Positions 31,232 through 40,249 of a stretch of DNA of 64,000 nt are shown one piece after another. The stretch's first letter is position 1, and each line of letters starts with the position of its first letter. The notes under the pieces are model-generated. The model saw nothing but the letters and a program-made list of their open reading frames with translations, ran no database searches and was not told the origin of the DNA. The DNA is from Candidatus Eiseniibacteriota bacterium. Its GTDB lineage: Bacteria; Eisenbacteria; RBG-16-71-46. The stretch is taken from NCBI GenBank assembly GCA_044222065.1, contig JBGAOA010000008.1, forward strand, positions 19,229 to 83,228, given 5' to 3'. The position numbers and the translations under genes are program-made.

Positions 31232-31806
31232 GCGAACGCCTCGTCGAGACCACGAGCGGCGTCGTGCACCCGCCGGTGTGGCCGCTCCAGTCGAAGCTGA
31301 TGCGGCTGCGCGACGCCGGACTCGTGCACGCGCTCGGCGGCAGCGCGCTGCTCGGCGCGCTCGGGCTCGCGACGCGGGCGAACGACTGGGACGTCACGGT
31401 GGACGCCGACGTCGAAGCGCTGCGACGCGTGTTCGAGCGCGAACCGTGCGAGTACTTCGGGAACAGCGGCTGCCACGCGGACCACAAGCTCACGTGGCAC
31501 GACGAGCGGATCGAGCTGATCCCGCGCATGGCGTTCTTCGCGCCGGACGGCATCGTGCGCATTCCGACGGTCGTCACGCGCAAGTGGGCCGGGCTCCCGG
31601 TCGGAAGCCCCGCGGCCTGGTACGCGGCCTACTGGCTGCTCGGCGCGCTCGAGAAGGACGACCGTCGCTTCGAGAAGGCGGCCCAGCTCGCCGCGTGGAT
31701 CGCCGAGCACGGCGCCGATGCCGCCGGCGTGAGCGCGCTGCTCGCCGAGCCGCTGCCGGCCGAACTGCGCGCGGCGATCGAGGCGTTCCCGCTCGCGGCC
31801 GGCTGA
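31228..31806 (+). CDS. Nucleotidyltransferase-like protein (Pol-beta superfamily)
   Basis: HALGGSALL...NDWDVTV (GG/S...DxD) and downstream RIELI. Confidence 0.65.
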   Translation: MSERLVETTSGVVHPPVWPLQSKLMRLRDAGLVHALGGSALLGALGLATRANDWDVTVDADVEALRRVFEREPCEYFGNSGCHADHKLTWHDERIELIPRMAFFAPDGIVRIPTVVTRKWAGLPVGSPAAWYAAYWLLGALEKDDRRFEKAAQLAAWIAEHGADAAGVSALLAEPLPAELRAAIEAFPLAAG

Positions 31807-31819
31807 GCCGCGGCGCCGA

Positions 31820-32311
31820 TCAGCGCGCGTCGCGTTCCGCGAGACGGCGCATCGCGTCCGCCGTCATCGCGTACTTCGTCCAGCCCTCGTCCGCGGGCCG
31901 GCCGCCCATGCGCTCGTAGAACGCGCGCGCCGGGTTCCAGTCGAGCACGTCCCACTCGAGCCGGTGGCAGCCGCGCTCGAGCGCGATGCGGCACACCTCG
32001 GCGAGCAGCGCTTCGCCCGCGCCGCTTCCTCGCGCGGCGTCTTCGACGTACAGGTCCTCGAGCCAGTGACGCGGGTTCGTGCGGAACGACGAGTACGTGT
32101 AGTGGAAGAGCGCGTAGCCGACGAGCCGTCCGTCGCGCTCCGCGACGACGCCTTCGATGCGCACCGGCTCGTCGAACAGCCCGCGCTCGAGCGCCTCGCG
32201 GGACCCGGTGAGGATGTCCTCGAGCTTCTCGAACGCGGCGAGCCCGTGGATCATCTCCCACACGCGCGGCAGGTCCTCGCGGCGCACGCGGCGGATCGCG
32301 AGCGCGCTCAT
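31820..32311 (-). CDS. GNAT N-acetyltransferase (diamine acetyltransferase-like)
   Basis: [20 protein letters not shown]...[22 protein letters not shown]. Confidence 0.9.
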   Translation of the reverse strand: MSALAIRRVRREDLPRVWEMIHGLAAFEKLEDILTGSREALERGLFDEPVRIEGVVAERDGRLVGYALFHYTYSSFRTNPRHWLEDLYVEDAARGSGAGEALLAEVCRIALERGCHRLEWDVLDWNPARAFYERMGGRPADEGWTKYAMTADAMRRLAERDAR

Positions 32312-32727
32312 TCGCCGATCACCTTCACGAGCACGCGCTTCTTCCGTCGCCCGTCGAACTCGCCGTAGAAGATCTGCTCCCAGGGGCCGAAGTCGAGCCG
32401 GCCTTTCGTGATCGCGACCACGACCTCGCGCCCCATCACCTGGCGCTTGAGGTGCGCGTCGGCGTTGTCCTCGCCCGTGTCGTTGTGGCGGTACCGGTCC
32501 GTCGGCGCGTGCGGCGCGAGCGTCTCGAGCCACGCGTCGAAGTCGTGGTGCAGCCCGCGCTCGTCGTCGTTGATGAACACGCTCGCCGAGATGTGCATGG
32601 CGTTGACGAGCACGAGGCCCTCGGCCACGCCGCTCTTGCGCACGGCGTCCTCGACCTGAGGCGTGAGGTTCACGAACCCGCGCCGCTCCGGAACGTTCAT
32701 CCACAGGTACTCGGTGTGCGACTTCAT
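32308..32727 (-). CDS. yjbQ: YjbQ / UPF0047 family protein
   Basis: [45 protein letters not shown]. Confidence 0.92.
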   Translation of the reverse strand: MKSHTEYLWMNVPERRGFVNLTPQVEDAVRKSGVAEGLVLVNAMHISASVFINDDERGLHHDFDAWLETLAPHAPTDRYRHNDTGEDNADAHLKRQVMGREVVVAITKGRLDFGPWEQIFYGEFDGRRKKRVLVKVIGE

Positions 32728-32924
32728 GCGCGCTCCCACGGTGGTGAAGGACGAATGGCCGCGCATCCTGCACGGCGCGCGGCGCGCTTGTCACGCGTGC
32801 GGCGTTGGCGGATCGGAACGCGTTTGCTAGCGTGCCGCCGGCACTGCACCGCACGGAAGCGCGGCACATCCGAAGGGGCGCTCCGCGGGCTTCGAGAACC
32901 GCCTTCAATCCAGGAGACAAACCC

Positions 32925-34151
32925 ATGTCGCGAAACGCCCTGCCCGAAGTCGTGATCGTCTCCGGCGCGCGCACGCCGATGGCCGAGTGGATCGGCGGAA
33001 AGCGCGGCGACGGACTGCCCGGCGGCGCGCTCGCGAACGTCTCGGCACTCGATCTCGGCGCCGCCGCGGCGAAGGCCGCGCTCGAGCGCGCGGGCCTGCC
33101 ACCCGCGGAGATCGGACACGTCGTGATGGGCAACGCGCTCCAGACCTCGGGCGACGCGATCTACGGCGCGCGCCACGTCGCGCTGAAGAGCGGCGTGCCG
33201 ATCGAAGTGCCGGCGCTGACCGTGAACCGGCTGTGCGGCTCGGGGATCGAATCGGTCGCGCAGGCGGCGATGCTGCTCGAGCGCGGCGACGCGGCGTGGG
33301 TGCTCGCGGGCGGCATGGAGAACATGAGCCAGGCGCCGCACGTGCTGCGCGGCGCGCGCGCGGGACTGCGGCTCGGCCCCGGCGCGCCGCTCGAGGACTC
33401 GCTGTTCGTCGCTCTGCGCGACAGCTACTGCGGGCTGATGATGGCGCAGACGAGCGACAACCTCGCGAAGAAGTACGGCATCACGCGCGAGGCGCAGGAC
33501 GAGTTCGCGCTCCGCTCCCACCGGCTCGCGAACGAGGCGAACACGAACGGACGTTTCGCCGAGGAGCGCGTCGCGGTCGAAGTGAAGGCCGGCAAGAAGA
33601 GCGCCACGGTGGAAGCCGACGACCACCTGTTCCCGAGCACTTCGATCGAGAAGCTCGCTTCGCTGCCGAGCGCGTTCGGTCCCGACTCGAGCGTCACCGC
33701 GGGCAACGCGTCCGGCATGGTGGACGGCGCGGCCGCGCTCGTCGTGACGACCGCCGCGAAGGCGCGCGCCGCGGGCAAGTCACCGCTCGGCACGGTGCGC
33801 GCGTGGACGTCGGTCGGCGTGCCGCCCGACGCCATGGGCATCGGCCCCGCGCCCGCGATCCGGCGCGTGCTCGAGATCGCCGGCGTGAAGCTCGAGCAGG
33901 TGGACCTGTTCGAGATCAACGAGGCGTTCGCCGGGCAGTTCCTCGCCGTCGAGAAGGAACTCGGCCTCGATCGCGAGCGCGTGAACGTGAACGGCGGCGC
34001 GATCGGGCTCGGCCATCCGCTGGGTGCCACCGGCGCGCGCCTCCTCTACACGCTGCTCGTCGAGCTCGGAAAGCGCGGCAAGCGCTTCGGCGTCGCGAGC
34101 GCCTGCATCGGCGGCGGCCAGGGCATCGCGATGCTGGTGGAGCGGAGCTGA
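32925..34151 (+). CDS. Acetyl-CoA C-acyltransferase (thiolase)
   Basis: VNRLCGSG, AGNASGMVDGAAA, EINEAFA, NVNGGAIGLGHPLGATG, ACIGGGQG; AGGAG RBS. Confidence 0.95.
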   Translation: MSRNALPEVVIVSGARTPMAEWIGGKRGDGLPGGALANVSALDLGAAAAKAALERAGLPPAEIGHVVMGNALQTSGDAIYGARHVALKSGVPIEVPALTVNRLCGSGIESVAQAAMLLERGDAAWVLAGGMENMSQAPHVLRGARAGLRLGPGAPLEDSLFVALRDSYCGLMMAQTSDNLAKKYGITREAQDEFALRSHRLANEANTNGRFAEERVAVEVKAGKKSATVEADDHLFPSTSIEKLASLPSAFGPDSSVTAGNASGMVDGAAALVVTTAAKARAAGKSPLGTVRAWTSVGVPPDAMGIGPAPAIRRVLEIAGVKLEQVDLFEINEAFAGQFLAVEKELGLDRERVNVNGGAIGLGHPLGATGARLLYTLLVELGKRGKRFGVASACIGGGQGIAMLVERS

Positions 34152-34734
34152 CGCCGGAGCGTTCGGGTCCGGCGCGCGGCGGTTCGCCGTCCGCGCGCCT
34201 CGCCTCGCCCGGAAGCCACATGTCCTCGAAGAAGAACGCGGCGAGCTCGGCGCGGCCGGCGAGCCCCGACTTGCGGTAGACCGCGACCGCGTGCTGGCGA
34301 ACGGTGCGCTCGCTGCGCTTCGTGAGCCCCGCGACTTCCTTGTGGCTGTAGCCCTTGAGCAGGAACAGCGCGGTGTCCTTCTCGGTCGGCGTCAGCGCCC
34401 ACGCGTCGAACTGGCCGTCCATCGCCTCGCCGAGCCCGCGCAGCGCCGTCTCGGCACGCGCGCGCCACGCGTCACGCTCCCCCTTGTGCCGCTCGAGCGC
34501 GTCGCGCACCCCGACGAGCGAGCGTTCGGCCCTGAGCCAGCCGAAGCCGAGCACGGCGGCGGCGGCGATCGCGAGCAGGCTGAACGCCAGCTCGATCACC
34601 CCGTGGGCGCCCTTCCACACGCGCGGCGAGTCCGACAGCAGGTCCCAGCCGCCGACGATCGCCATCGCCGCGAGCAGCACGGCGACGACGAGCAGGATTC
34701 GGGGCGAGCGGTCGGGCGAAACGGGGTCCGTCAT
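33916..34734 (-). CDS. Membrane-anchored LuxR-type HTH regulator (2 TM, coiled coil, HTH)
   Basis: Two hydrophobic segments, then QFDAWALTPTEKDTALFLLKGYSHKEVAGLTKRSERTVRQHAVAVYRKSGLAGRAEL; the 3' tail overlaps the thiolase gene. Confidence 0.85.
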   Translation of the reverse strand: MTDPVSPDRSPRILLVVAVLLAAMAIVGGWDLLSDSPRVWKGAHGVIELAFSLLAIAAAAVLGFGWLRAERSLVGVRDALERHKGERDAWRARAETALRGLGEAMDGQFDAWALTPTEKDTALFLLKGYSHKEVAGLTKRSERTVRQHAVAVYRKSGLAGRAELAAFFFEDMWLPGEARRADGEPPRAGPERSGVSSAPPASRCPGRRRCRRSRRRSACRAFRARRAACRGGARRWHPADGRARSRRRSRSRARDRGRVPSRRRGTARRTPR

Positions 34735-34871
34735 TTGTCGGAGGTGAAGGGCCGGAACGAGTTGCGGGCGCACTCTACGTCACCTGCCCGATTCCCGGCC
34801 ACGTCGTCGAGCACTAGCCTTCACACGGGTCGCAGGACTACACCTTCACCGTTCCCACCCGGAGGACTCGA

Positions 34872-35480
34872 ATGAACGGCTCCAAAGCGCTCGGCCTCGG
34901 CGTCGGGCTCCCGCTCGCGCTCGTCGCCTTGATCCAACTCGTCCCCTACGGCCGCGAGCACACGAACCCGCCGATCGGCGCGAAGGTCGCGTGGGACTCC
35001 CCGCGCACGGAAGCGCTCGCGCGCCGCGCCTGCTACGACTGCCACAGCAACGAGACGAAGTGGCCGTGGTACTCGAACATCGCTCCGCTCTCGTGGCGCA
35101 TCCAGGGCCACGTGAACGAGGGCCGCGAGAAGCTCAACTTCTCGGACTTCCAGCCCGGCAACGAGGACGTCGCGGAAGCGGCGGGCGAAGCGGCCGAGAC
35201 CGTCCAGAAGGGCGAGATGCCGCTCTCGGACTACCGGATGGCGCACGCCGAGGCGCGACTCACGCCGGCCGAGAAGCGCGAGCTGATCGCGGGGCTCGAG
35301 AAGACGTTCGCGGCGTTCGGCGAGGGCGGCGAGCGGGGCGAAGGCGGCGAGCGCGGCAAGGGCGGCGAGGGCGCGGCGGTCCGCTCCGGCGAGTCCGGCG
35401 AGCGCGGCGAGAGCGAGGCCGAGGAACGGCGCGAGCGCGAAGGCCGCGGCGAACGCGGCGAGTCGAACGAGCGGCGCTGA
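34872..35480 (+). CDS. Haem-binding domain c-type cytochrome with Gly/Glu-rich tail
   Basis: LIQLVP, RACYDCHSNETKWPWYS, GREKLNFS, GEMP; low-complexity GERGE tail. Confidence 0.88.
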   Translation: MNGSKALGLGVGLPLALVALIQLVPYGREHTNPPIGAKVAWDSPRTEALARRACYDCHSNETKWPWYSNIAPLSWRIQGHVNEGREKLNFSDFQPGNEDVAEAAGEAAETVQKGEMPLSDYRMAHAEARLTPAEKRELIAGLEKTFAAFGEGGERGEGGERGKGGEGAAVRSGESGERGESEAEERREREGRGERGESNERR

Positions 35481-35531
35481 AACGCAGCGGCGCCGCGAGC
35501 GCGATCCGCTCGCGGCGCCGGCGGCGAATCG

Positions 35532-37466
35532 TCAGTTCGCCGACAGGTCCTGGATCGTCGCGGGCGGGATCGTGTCCGCGCCGGTCGAACCCTGCTCGTA
35601 CGCGCCGATGTCCGGCGCCGAGCCCGCGAACGCGTCGTTGATGCCGGGCAGGCGGATCGCGGCGTTCACGGCCGGGCTTCCGGTCCGCAGCGTGTAGTCG
35701 CCAGCGGCCGAGTTCGTGAACATCGGATCGCCGCTCTTGCCGCTCGCCTCGAAGCCCGTGGCCGAGCGGAACGCGGCGATCGTCGCATACGCGACGCCCT
35801 TCCACACGACGAGCGATCCGTAGTTCACGACGTGCAGCAGGTCGCCGTCGAACGAGCAGCCGGTCTGGCTCTCCCCCGCGTCGTCGCCGATCGAAGGCTG
35901 GCCGTTGCCGACCATGATGTTGTTCAGCCAGTGCTTGTTCGAGTACGGCCCGGTCGGATACACGGGGCCCGTGCCGCCCTTCGGGCTCGAGATCGTGTTG
36001 TGCGCGATGATCGTCTCGCCGTTCGACGTGATCGAGAGCTTGAAGCCGCCCTTGCGGAAGTTGTGGAACGTGTTGAAGAGCACGTATTCGGGGCCGATGT
36101 TGTTCGGCGCGATGCTCATGCAGTTGAGCGGGTCCTCGACCCAATTGCGGAAGCACCGGTAGTTGATGCCGCCGAAGTCCTCGGTCTCGAGCGCGTCGTC
36201 CGCGACGCCGATCACGCGGTTGTCGTGCATGTCGGTGTCGGCGGCGACGTCCTCGGTGCTCGTGTCGCCGCCCGAGTCGATGCCGTCGAACGTGCCGCGC
36301 ACGGTGTTGTAGCGGATGACGTTTCCGCGCCCGCCGCGGTGCGAGATGCCCTGCAGCTCCTCTTCGTGCGCCTTCGTCGCGTTCCAGGGCCAGCCCGAGA
36401 TGCGCGTATCGCGGCACACGTTGTACTCGACCAGGTTGTTCGCGGCGCCGACGCGCAGGTAGATCCCCTTGCCGCCGATGTTCCAGATCGAGTTCCCGAT
36501 CGCCTCGCAGTTCGTCGAGCCCCGCAGCGACAGCCCCGCGGCGGCGGTCGTCGTGCCGTAGTAGCGGATCTCGAAGCCGACGACGCGCACGTAGGCGACG
36601 TCCACGTAGCCCGCCATGTCGTAGCGCGCGACGTGCGTCGTGCGGCCGTTCGGCGAGGCGCCGTCCTCGCGCTTCACGTACAGCCGCCCGCCTTCCGCGG
36701 CCCAGCCCTGCGTCATCGCGTTCGCGTTCGCCTGCAGGTTCGCGAGCGTCGTCTGCTTGTAGAGGCGCATGCTCGAGTCCGCCACCACGAGGCGCGTCGC
36801 GCCGGTGAACGGAACGCTGAAGACGCCGCCGCCGTCGTCGCGCCAGTCGGTGCGCGCGAGGTAGGCCGGGTCGGAGCCGTCGAGCACGACGCCCGGGCCG
36901 TCGGCGACGAGGTGGATCGGGCTACCGGCCGTGCCCGAGCGCGGCGTGTCGAACGTCTGGTAGTAGACGCCGGCGCGCACGCGCACCTGGTCGCCGGGCT
37001 GCGCCGCGTTGAGTCCGGCCTGCACGGTCGCGAAGGGCGCGGCGCTCGAACCGGGGTTCGAATCGCTGCCGTTCGTCGCCACCCACCAGACGGCGCCGGT
37101 GGGCGACGACGGCAGGCGGTCGCGCGTGGTGGCCGAGCCCGTGGCCGTGCCGCCGCCGTCGGGATCGGTGATCGTGACGCGCACGTCGTAGCTCGTCGCC
37201 GGCGAGAGCCACAGCACGCTTCCGGCCCAGCGCGGGCCCGTGATGCGCGTGAGCGACATGCCGGTGTGCCAGTTCGCTTCGCTCGTGGCCTTCCAGTCCA
37301 CGCGGGCCGTCGCGTTCGCGTTCGCGTCACCCGTGTAGGCGAGGCGGACGCCGAGGCTCTGATGCGTCGCGTACACCTCGAGCGCGCCCGCGGTCGAAGC
37401 GTTCTGGGCGGCGGCCGGGACGGCGACGAGCAGTGCGAAGACGGCGGTGATCAGGGCTCGGTTCAT
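35532..37466 (-). CDS. Secreted FN3 + right-handed parallel beta-helix protein
   Basis: Signal peptide, LSPATSYDVRV (FN3-like), WVATNGSDSNPGS...PFATVQ, repeated N-x-I strands, DYTLRTGSPAVNA...APDIGAYE. Confidence 0.8.
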   Translation of the reverse strand: MNRALITAVFALLVAVPAAAQNASTAGALEVYATHQSLGVRLAYTGDANANATARVDWKATSEANWHTGMSLTRITGPRWAGSVLWLSPATSYDVRVTITDPDGGGTATGSATTRDRLPSSPTGAVWWVATNGSDSNPGSSAAPFATVQAGLNAAQPGDQVRVRAGVYYQTFDTPRSGTAGSPIHLVADGPGVVLDGSDPAYLARTDWRDDGGGVFSVPFTGATRLVVADSSMRLYKQTTLANLQANANAMTQGWAAEGGRLYVKREDGASPNGRTTHVARYDMAGYVDVAYVRVVGFEIRYYGTTTAAAGLSLRGSTNCEAIGNSIWNIGGKGIYLRVGAANNLVEYNVCRDTRISGWPWNATKAHEEELQGISHRGGRGNVIRYNTVRGTFDGIDSGGDTSTEDVAADTDMHDNRVIGVADDALETEDFGGINYRCFRNWVEDPLNCMSIAPNNIGPEYVLFNTFHNFRKGGFKLSITSNGETIIAHNTISSPKGGTGPVYPTGPYSNKHWLNNIMVGNGQPSIGDDAGESQTGCSFDGDLLHVVNYGSLVVWKGVAYATIAAFRSATGFEASGKSGDPMFTNSAAGDYTLRTGSPAVNAAIRLPGINDAFAGSAPDIGAYEQGSTGADTIPPATIQDLSAN

Positions 37467-37712
37467 GCGGTGCGGTGACTCCCTCGGAAGCGTTTCGCCC
37501 GGAGCGGCCGTGCGCGATGCAAGCTTGCGGCTCGAGCGCGCACTCTAACCCGCGGGGCGCGGTCCACGAAACAAGTTCCGGGCCACCCGGCGGGTGGCGG
37601 ACCGCCGGTCCGATCGCACGCGGCGGCGCGCCGCAAAGCCTTGCCCGGCTTCTCGCCGCGCGCGTACTCTGCCGCACGTTCCCGACCGCGACGCGCGCTC
37701 CGGAGGCCTCCG

Positions 37713-38954
37713 ATGGACGATCGTGAACTGATCTACGACTGGAATCTGGCCGACGAGCAGTACGAGCGTCCGCCCTTCCGGATCCAATTCGACGACGAGA
37801 CGCTGCGCGACGGGCTGCAGTCGCCGTCGGTCCGCTCCCCAGCGATCGAGGACAAGATCCGCCTGCTCCACCTGATGGAGCGGCTCGGGATCGACACGGC
37901 CGACATCGGCCTGCCGGGCGCGGGACCGCACGTCGTGAAGGACGTCACGCGGCTCGCCCAGGAGATCGCGAACTCGCGGCTGCGCATTCAGGCGAACTGC
38001 GCCGCGCGCACGCTGCGGCACGACATCGAGCCGATCGTCGAGGTCTCGCAGAAGACCGGCATCCCGATCGAAGCGTGCACGTTCATCGGCTCCTCGCCGA
38101 TCCGCCAGTTCGCCGAGAACTGGACGCTGGACGTGATGCTGCGTCACACCGAGGACGCGGTCACCTACGCGGTCTCGGCCGGCCTGCCCGTGATGTACGT
38201 CACCGAGGACACCGTGCGCGCGCACCCCGACACGCTGCGCGCGCTGTTCCAGACCGCGCTGCGCTGCGGCGCGAAGCGGCTCTGCCTGTGCGACACCGTC
38301 GGCCACGTCATGCCGAGCGGCGTGCGCAACCTCGTTCACTTCACGCAGCACGTGATCCGCGAGACGGGGCTCACGGACATCGGGATCGACTGGCACGGGC
38401 ACAACGATCGCGGCCTGTCGGTGATCAACACGATCGCCGCGATCCGCGCCGGCGCGTCGCGCGTGCACGGCTGCGCGATCGGCATCGGCGAGCGCGTCGG
38501 GAACACGCCGATGGACCAGGTGCTCGTGAACCTGCGGCTCTTCGGCTGGATCGACAACGACCTCACGGCGCTGCCCGAGTACTGCGAGCTGACGAGCCGC
38601 ACCACCGGCGTGCCGATTCCGCCGAACTACCCCGTCATCGGTTCCGACGCGTTCCGCACCGGCACCGGCGTCCACGCGGCAGCGGTCATCAAGGCGTTCC
38701 GCAAGGGCGAGGACTGGCTCGCCGACCGCGTGTACTCGGGCGTGCCCGCGGGAATCGTCGGCCGCCGCCAGGAGATCGAGGTCGGGCCGATGAGCGGCGA
38801 GAGCAACGTGATCTTCTGGCTCGAGCAGCGCGGCATCGAAGCGACGCCCGAGCGGGTGAAGGCGGTGTTCCAGCGCGCGAAGAGCGTGGACCGCGTGCTC
38901 ACCGACGACGACATCCGCGCGGTCCTCGCGTCGCTGGACGAAACGCGCGTCTGA
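37713..38954 (+). CDS. leuA: LeuA-family (DRE-TIM) synthase without C-terminal regulatory domain
   Basis: DETLRDGLQ, LCDTVG, HGHNDRGL, GIGERVGN, GVHAAAV; about 413 aa. Confidence 0.8.
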   Translation: MDDRELIYDWNLADEQYERPPFRIQFDDETLRDGLQSPSVRSPAIEDKIRLLHLMERLGIDTADIGLPGAGPHVVKDVTRLAQEIANSRLRIQANCAARTLRHDIEPIVEVSQKTGIPIEACTFIGSSPIRQFAENWTLDVMLRHTEDAVTYAVSAGLPVMYVTEDTVRAHPDTLRALFQTALRCGAKRLCLCDTVGHVMPSGVRNLVHFTQHVIRETGLTDIGIDWHGHNDRGLSVINTIAAIRAGASRVHGCAIGIGERVGNTPMDQVLVNLRLFGWIDNDLTALPEYCELTSRTTGVPIPPNYPVIGSDAFRTGTGVHAAAVIKAFRKGEDWLADRVYSGVPAGIVGRRQEIEVGPMSGESNVIFWLEQRGIEATPERVKAVFQRAKSVDRVLTDDDIRAVLASLDETRV

Positions 38955-39000
38955 CCCTGTTCGCGCGGGCCCGCCGCGCGTCACGACCGGAGAGCGAACG

Positions 39001-40068
39001 ATGACGAAGCGCTATCGAATCGCCGTGATCTCGGGCGACGGCATCGGCCCCGAAGTGGTGCGCGAGGGGCTGCGCGTGCTCGACCGCGCGGCGTCGCTCG
39101 AGGGCTTCGGCGTGGAACTCACGCACTATCCGTTCGGCGCCGAGCACTACCTGCGCACGAAGGAGGTCTTCCCCGACTCGGCGTTCGCCGAGATCCGCGG
39201 GCACGACGCGATCCTGCTCGGCGCGATCGGCGATCCGCGCATCGAGGTCGGCCTGCTCGAGTTCGGGATCATCGCGAAGCTGCGATTCGACCTCGACCTG
39301 TTCGTGAACCTCCGGCCCGTCAAGCTGTACGCGGAGCACCTCTGCCCGCTCAAGGGCGTCGGTCCCGAGCGCGTGGACTTCGTCGTCGTGCGCGAGAACA
39401 CCGAGGACGCGTACGCCGGCATGCGCGGCTTCTTCAAGAAGGGCACGCCCGACGAGGTCGCGACGCAGGAGATCATCTTCACGCGCAAGGGCGTCGAGCG
39501 CGTGATCCGCTACGCGTTCGAGCTCGCGCGCTCGCGGCCGCGCAAGAAGCTCACGCTCGTGGACAAGGCGAACGCGATCCGCGCGATGGACCTGTGGACC
39601 CGCGTGTTCGCCGAGGTCGGCGCCGAGTACCCGGACGTGACGCGCAACCACCAGTACATCGACGCCGCGTGCATGTACGTCGTGCGCGACCCGCAGGACT
39701 ACGACACGGTCGTCACGAGCAACATGTTCGGCGACATCTTCACGGACCTCTCGGCCATGATCCAGGGCGGGCTCGGCGTCGCGGCGAGCGGGAACCTGCA
39801 CCCGGGGCGCGTCAGCCTGTTCGAGCCCATCCACGGTTCGGCGCCCGCCTTCGCAGGACGAAACGTCGCGAGTCCGATCGCGACCGTGATGGCCGTCTCG
39901 ATGATGCTCGAGTACCTGGGCGAGGTCCGTGCCTCGCGCAGGATCGAAGCCGCCGCCGCTTCCCTGTTGCGGTCCAAGCGCTTGCCCTCCGTGGGCACCG
40001 ACTCGGGCGTCGGCACCGATCGGATCGGCGACTGGGTCCTCGAGGAACTGGCGGCGATCGAAGTGTGA
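39001..40068 (+). CDS. leuB: 3-isopropylmalate dehydrogenase family
   Basis: GDGIGPEV, NLRP, VVRENTED, VDKAN, NMFGDIFTDL, FEPIHGSAP. Confidence 0.88.
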   Translation: MTKRYRIAVISGDGIGPEVVREGLRVLDRAASLEGFGVELTHYPFGAEHYLRTKEVFPDSAFAEIRGHDAILLGAIGDPRIEVGLLEFGIIAKLRFDLDLFVNLRPVKLYAEHLCPLKGVGPERVDFVVVRENTEDAYAGMRGFFKKGTPDEVATQEIIFTRKGVERVIRYAFELARSRPRKKLTLVDKANAIRAMDLWTRVFAEVGAEYPDVTRNHQYIDAACMYVVRDPQDYDTVVTSNMFGDIFTDLSAMIQGGLGVAASGNLHPGRVSLFEPIHGSAPAFAGRNVASPIATVMAVSMMLEYLGEVRASRRIEAAAASLLRSKRLPSVGTDSGVGTDRIGDWVLEELAAIEV

Positions 40069-40249
40069 GCCGATCGCGGTTGGCCGGGGCCGAACGGAGC
40101 GGATCCCTCCGCTCGTCACAACGGCGCGAGACCGCTTTCTGTCGTTGAGGGCGCCGCGGAGCACCCACTAAGATAGTGCGCTGCGCGCCACCCCGGCTGG
40201 CCTGCCCGAGTCCGCGCGGCGATCGCCGTCGTTCACCACGCTCCGCCCC

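Noticed and set aside
32815..32828. GGAACGCGTTTGCT as a sigma54 promoter for the thiolase gene
   Set aside because: GG to GC spacing is 9, not 10; better explained as an extended -10 element.
35320..35475. GGCGAG-rich DNA repeats as a separate repeat element
   Set aside because: They simply encode the Gly/Glu/Arg low-complexity tail of the haem-binding protein.
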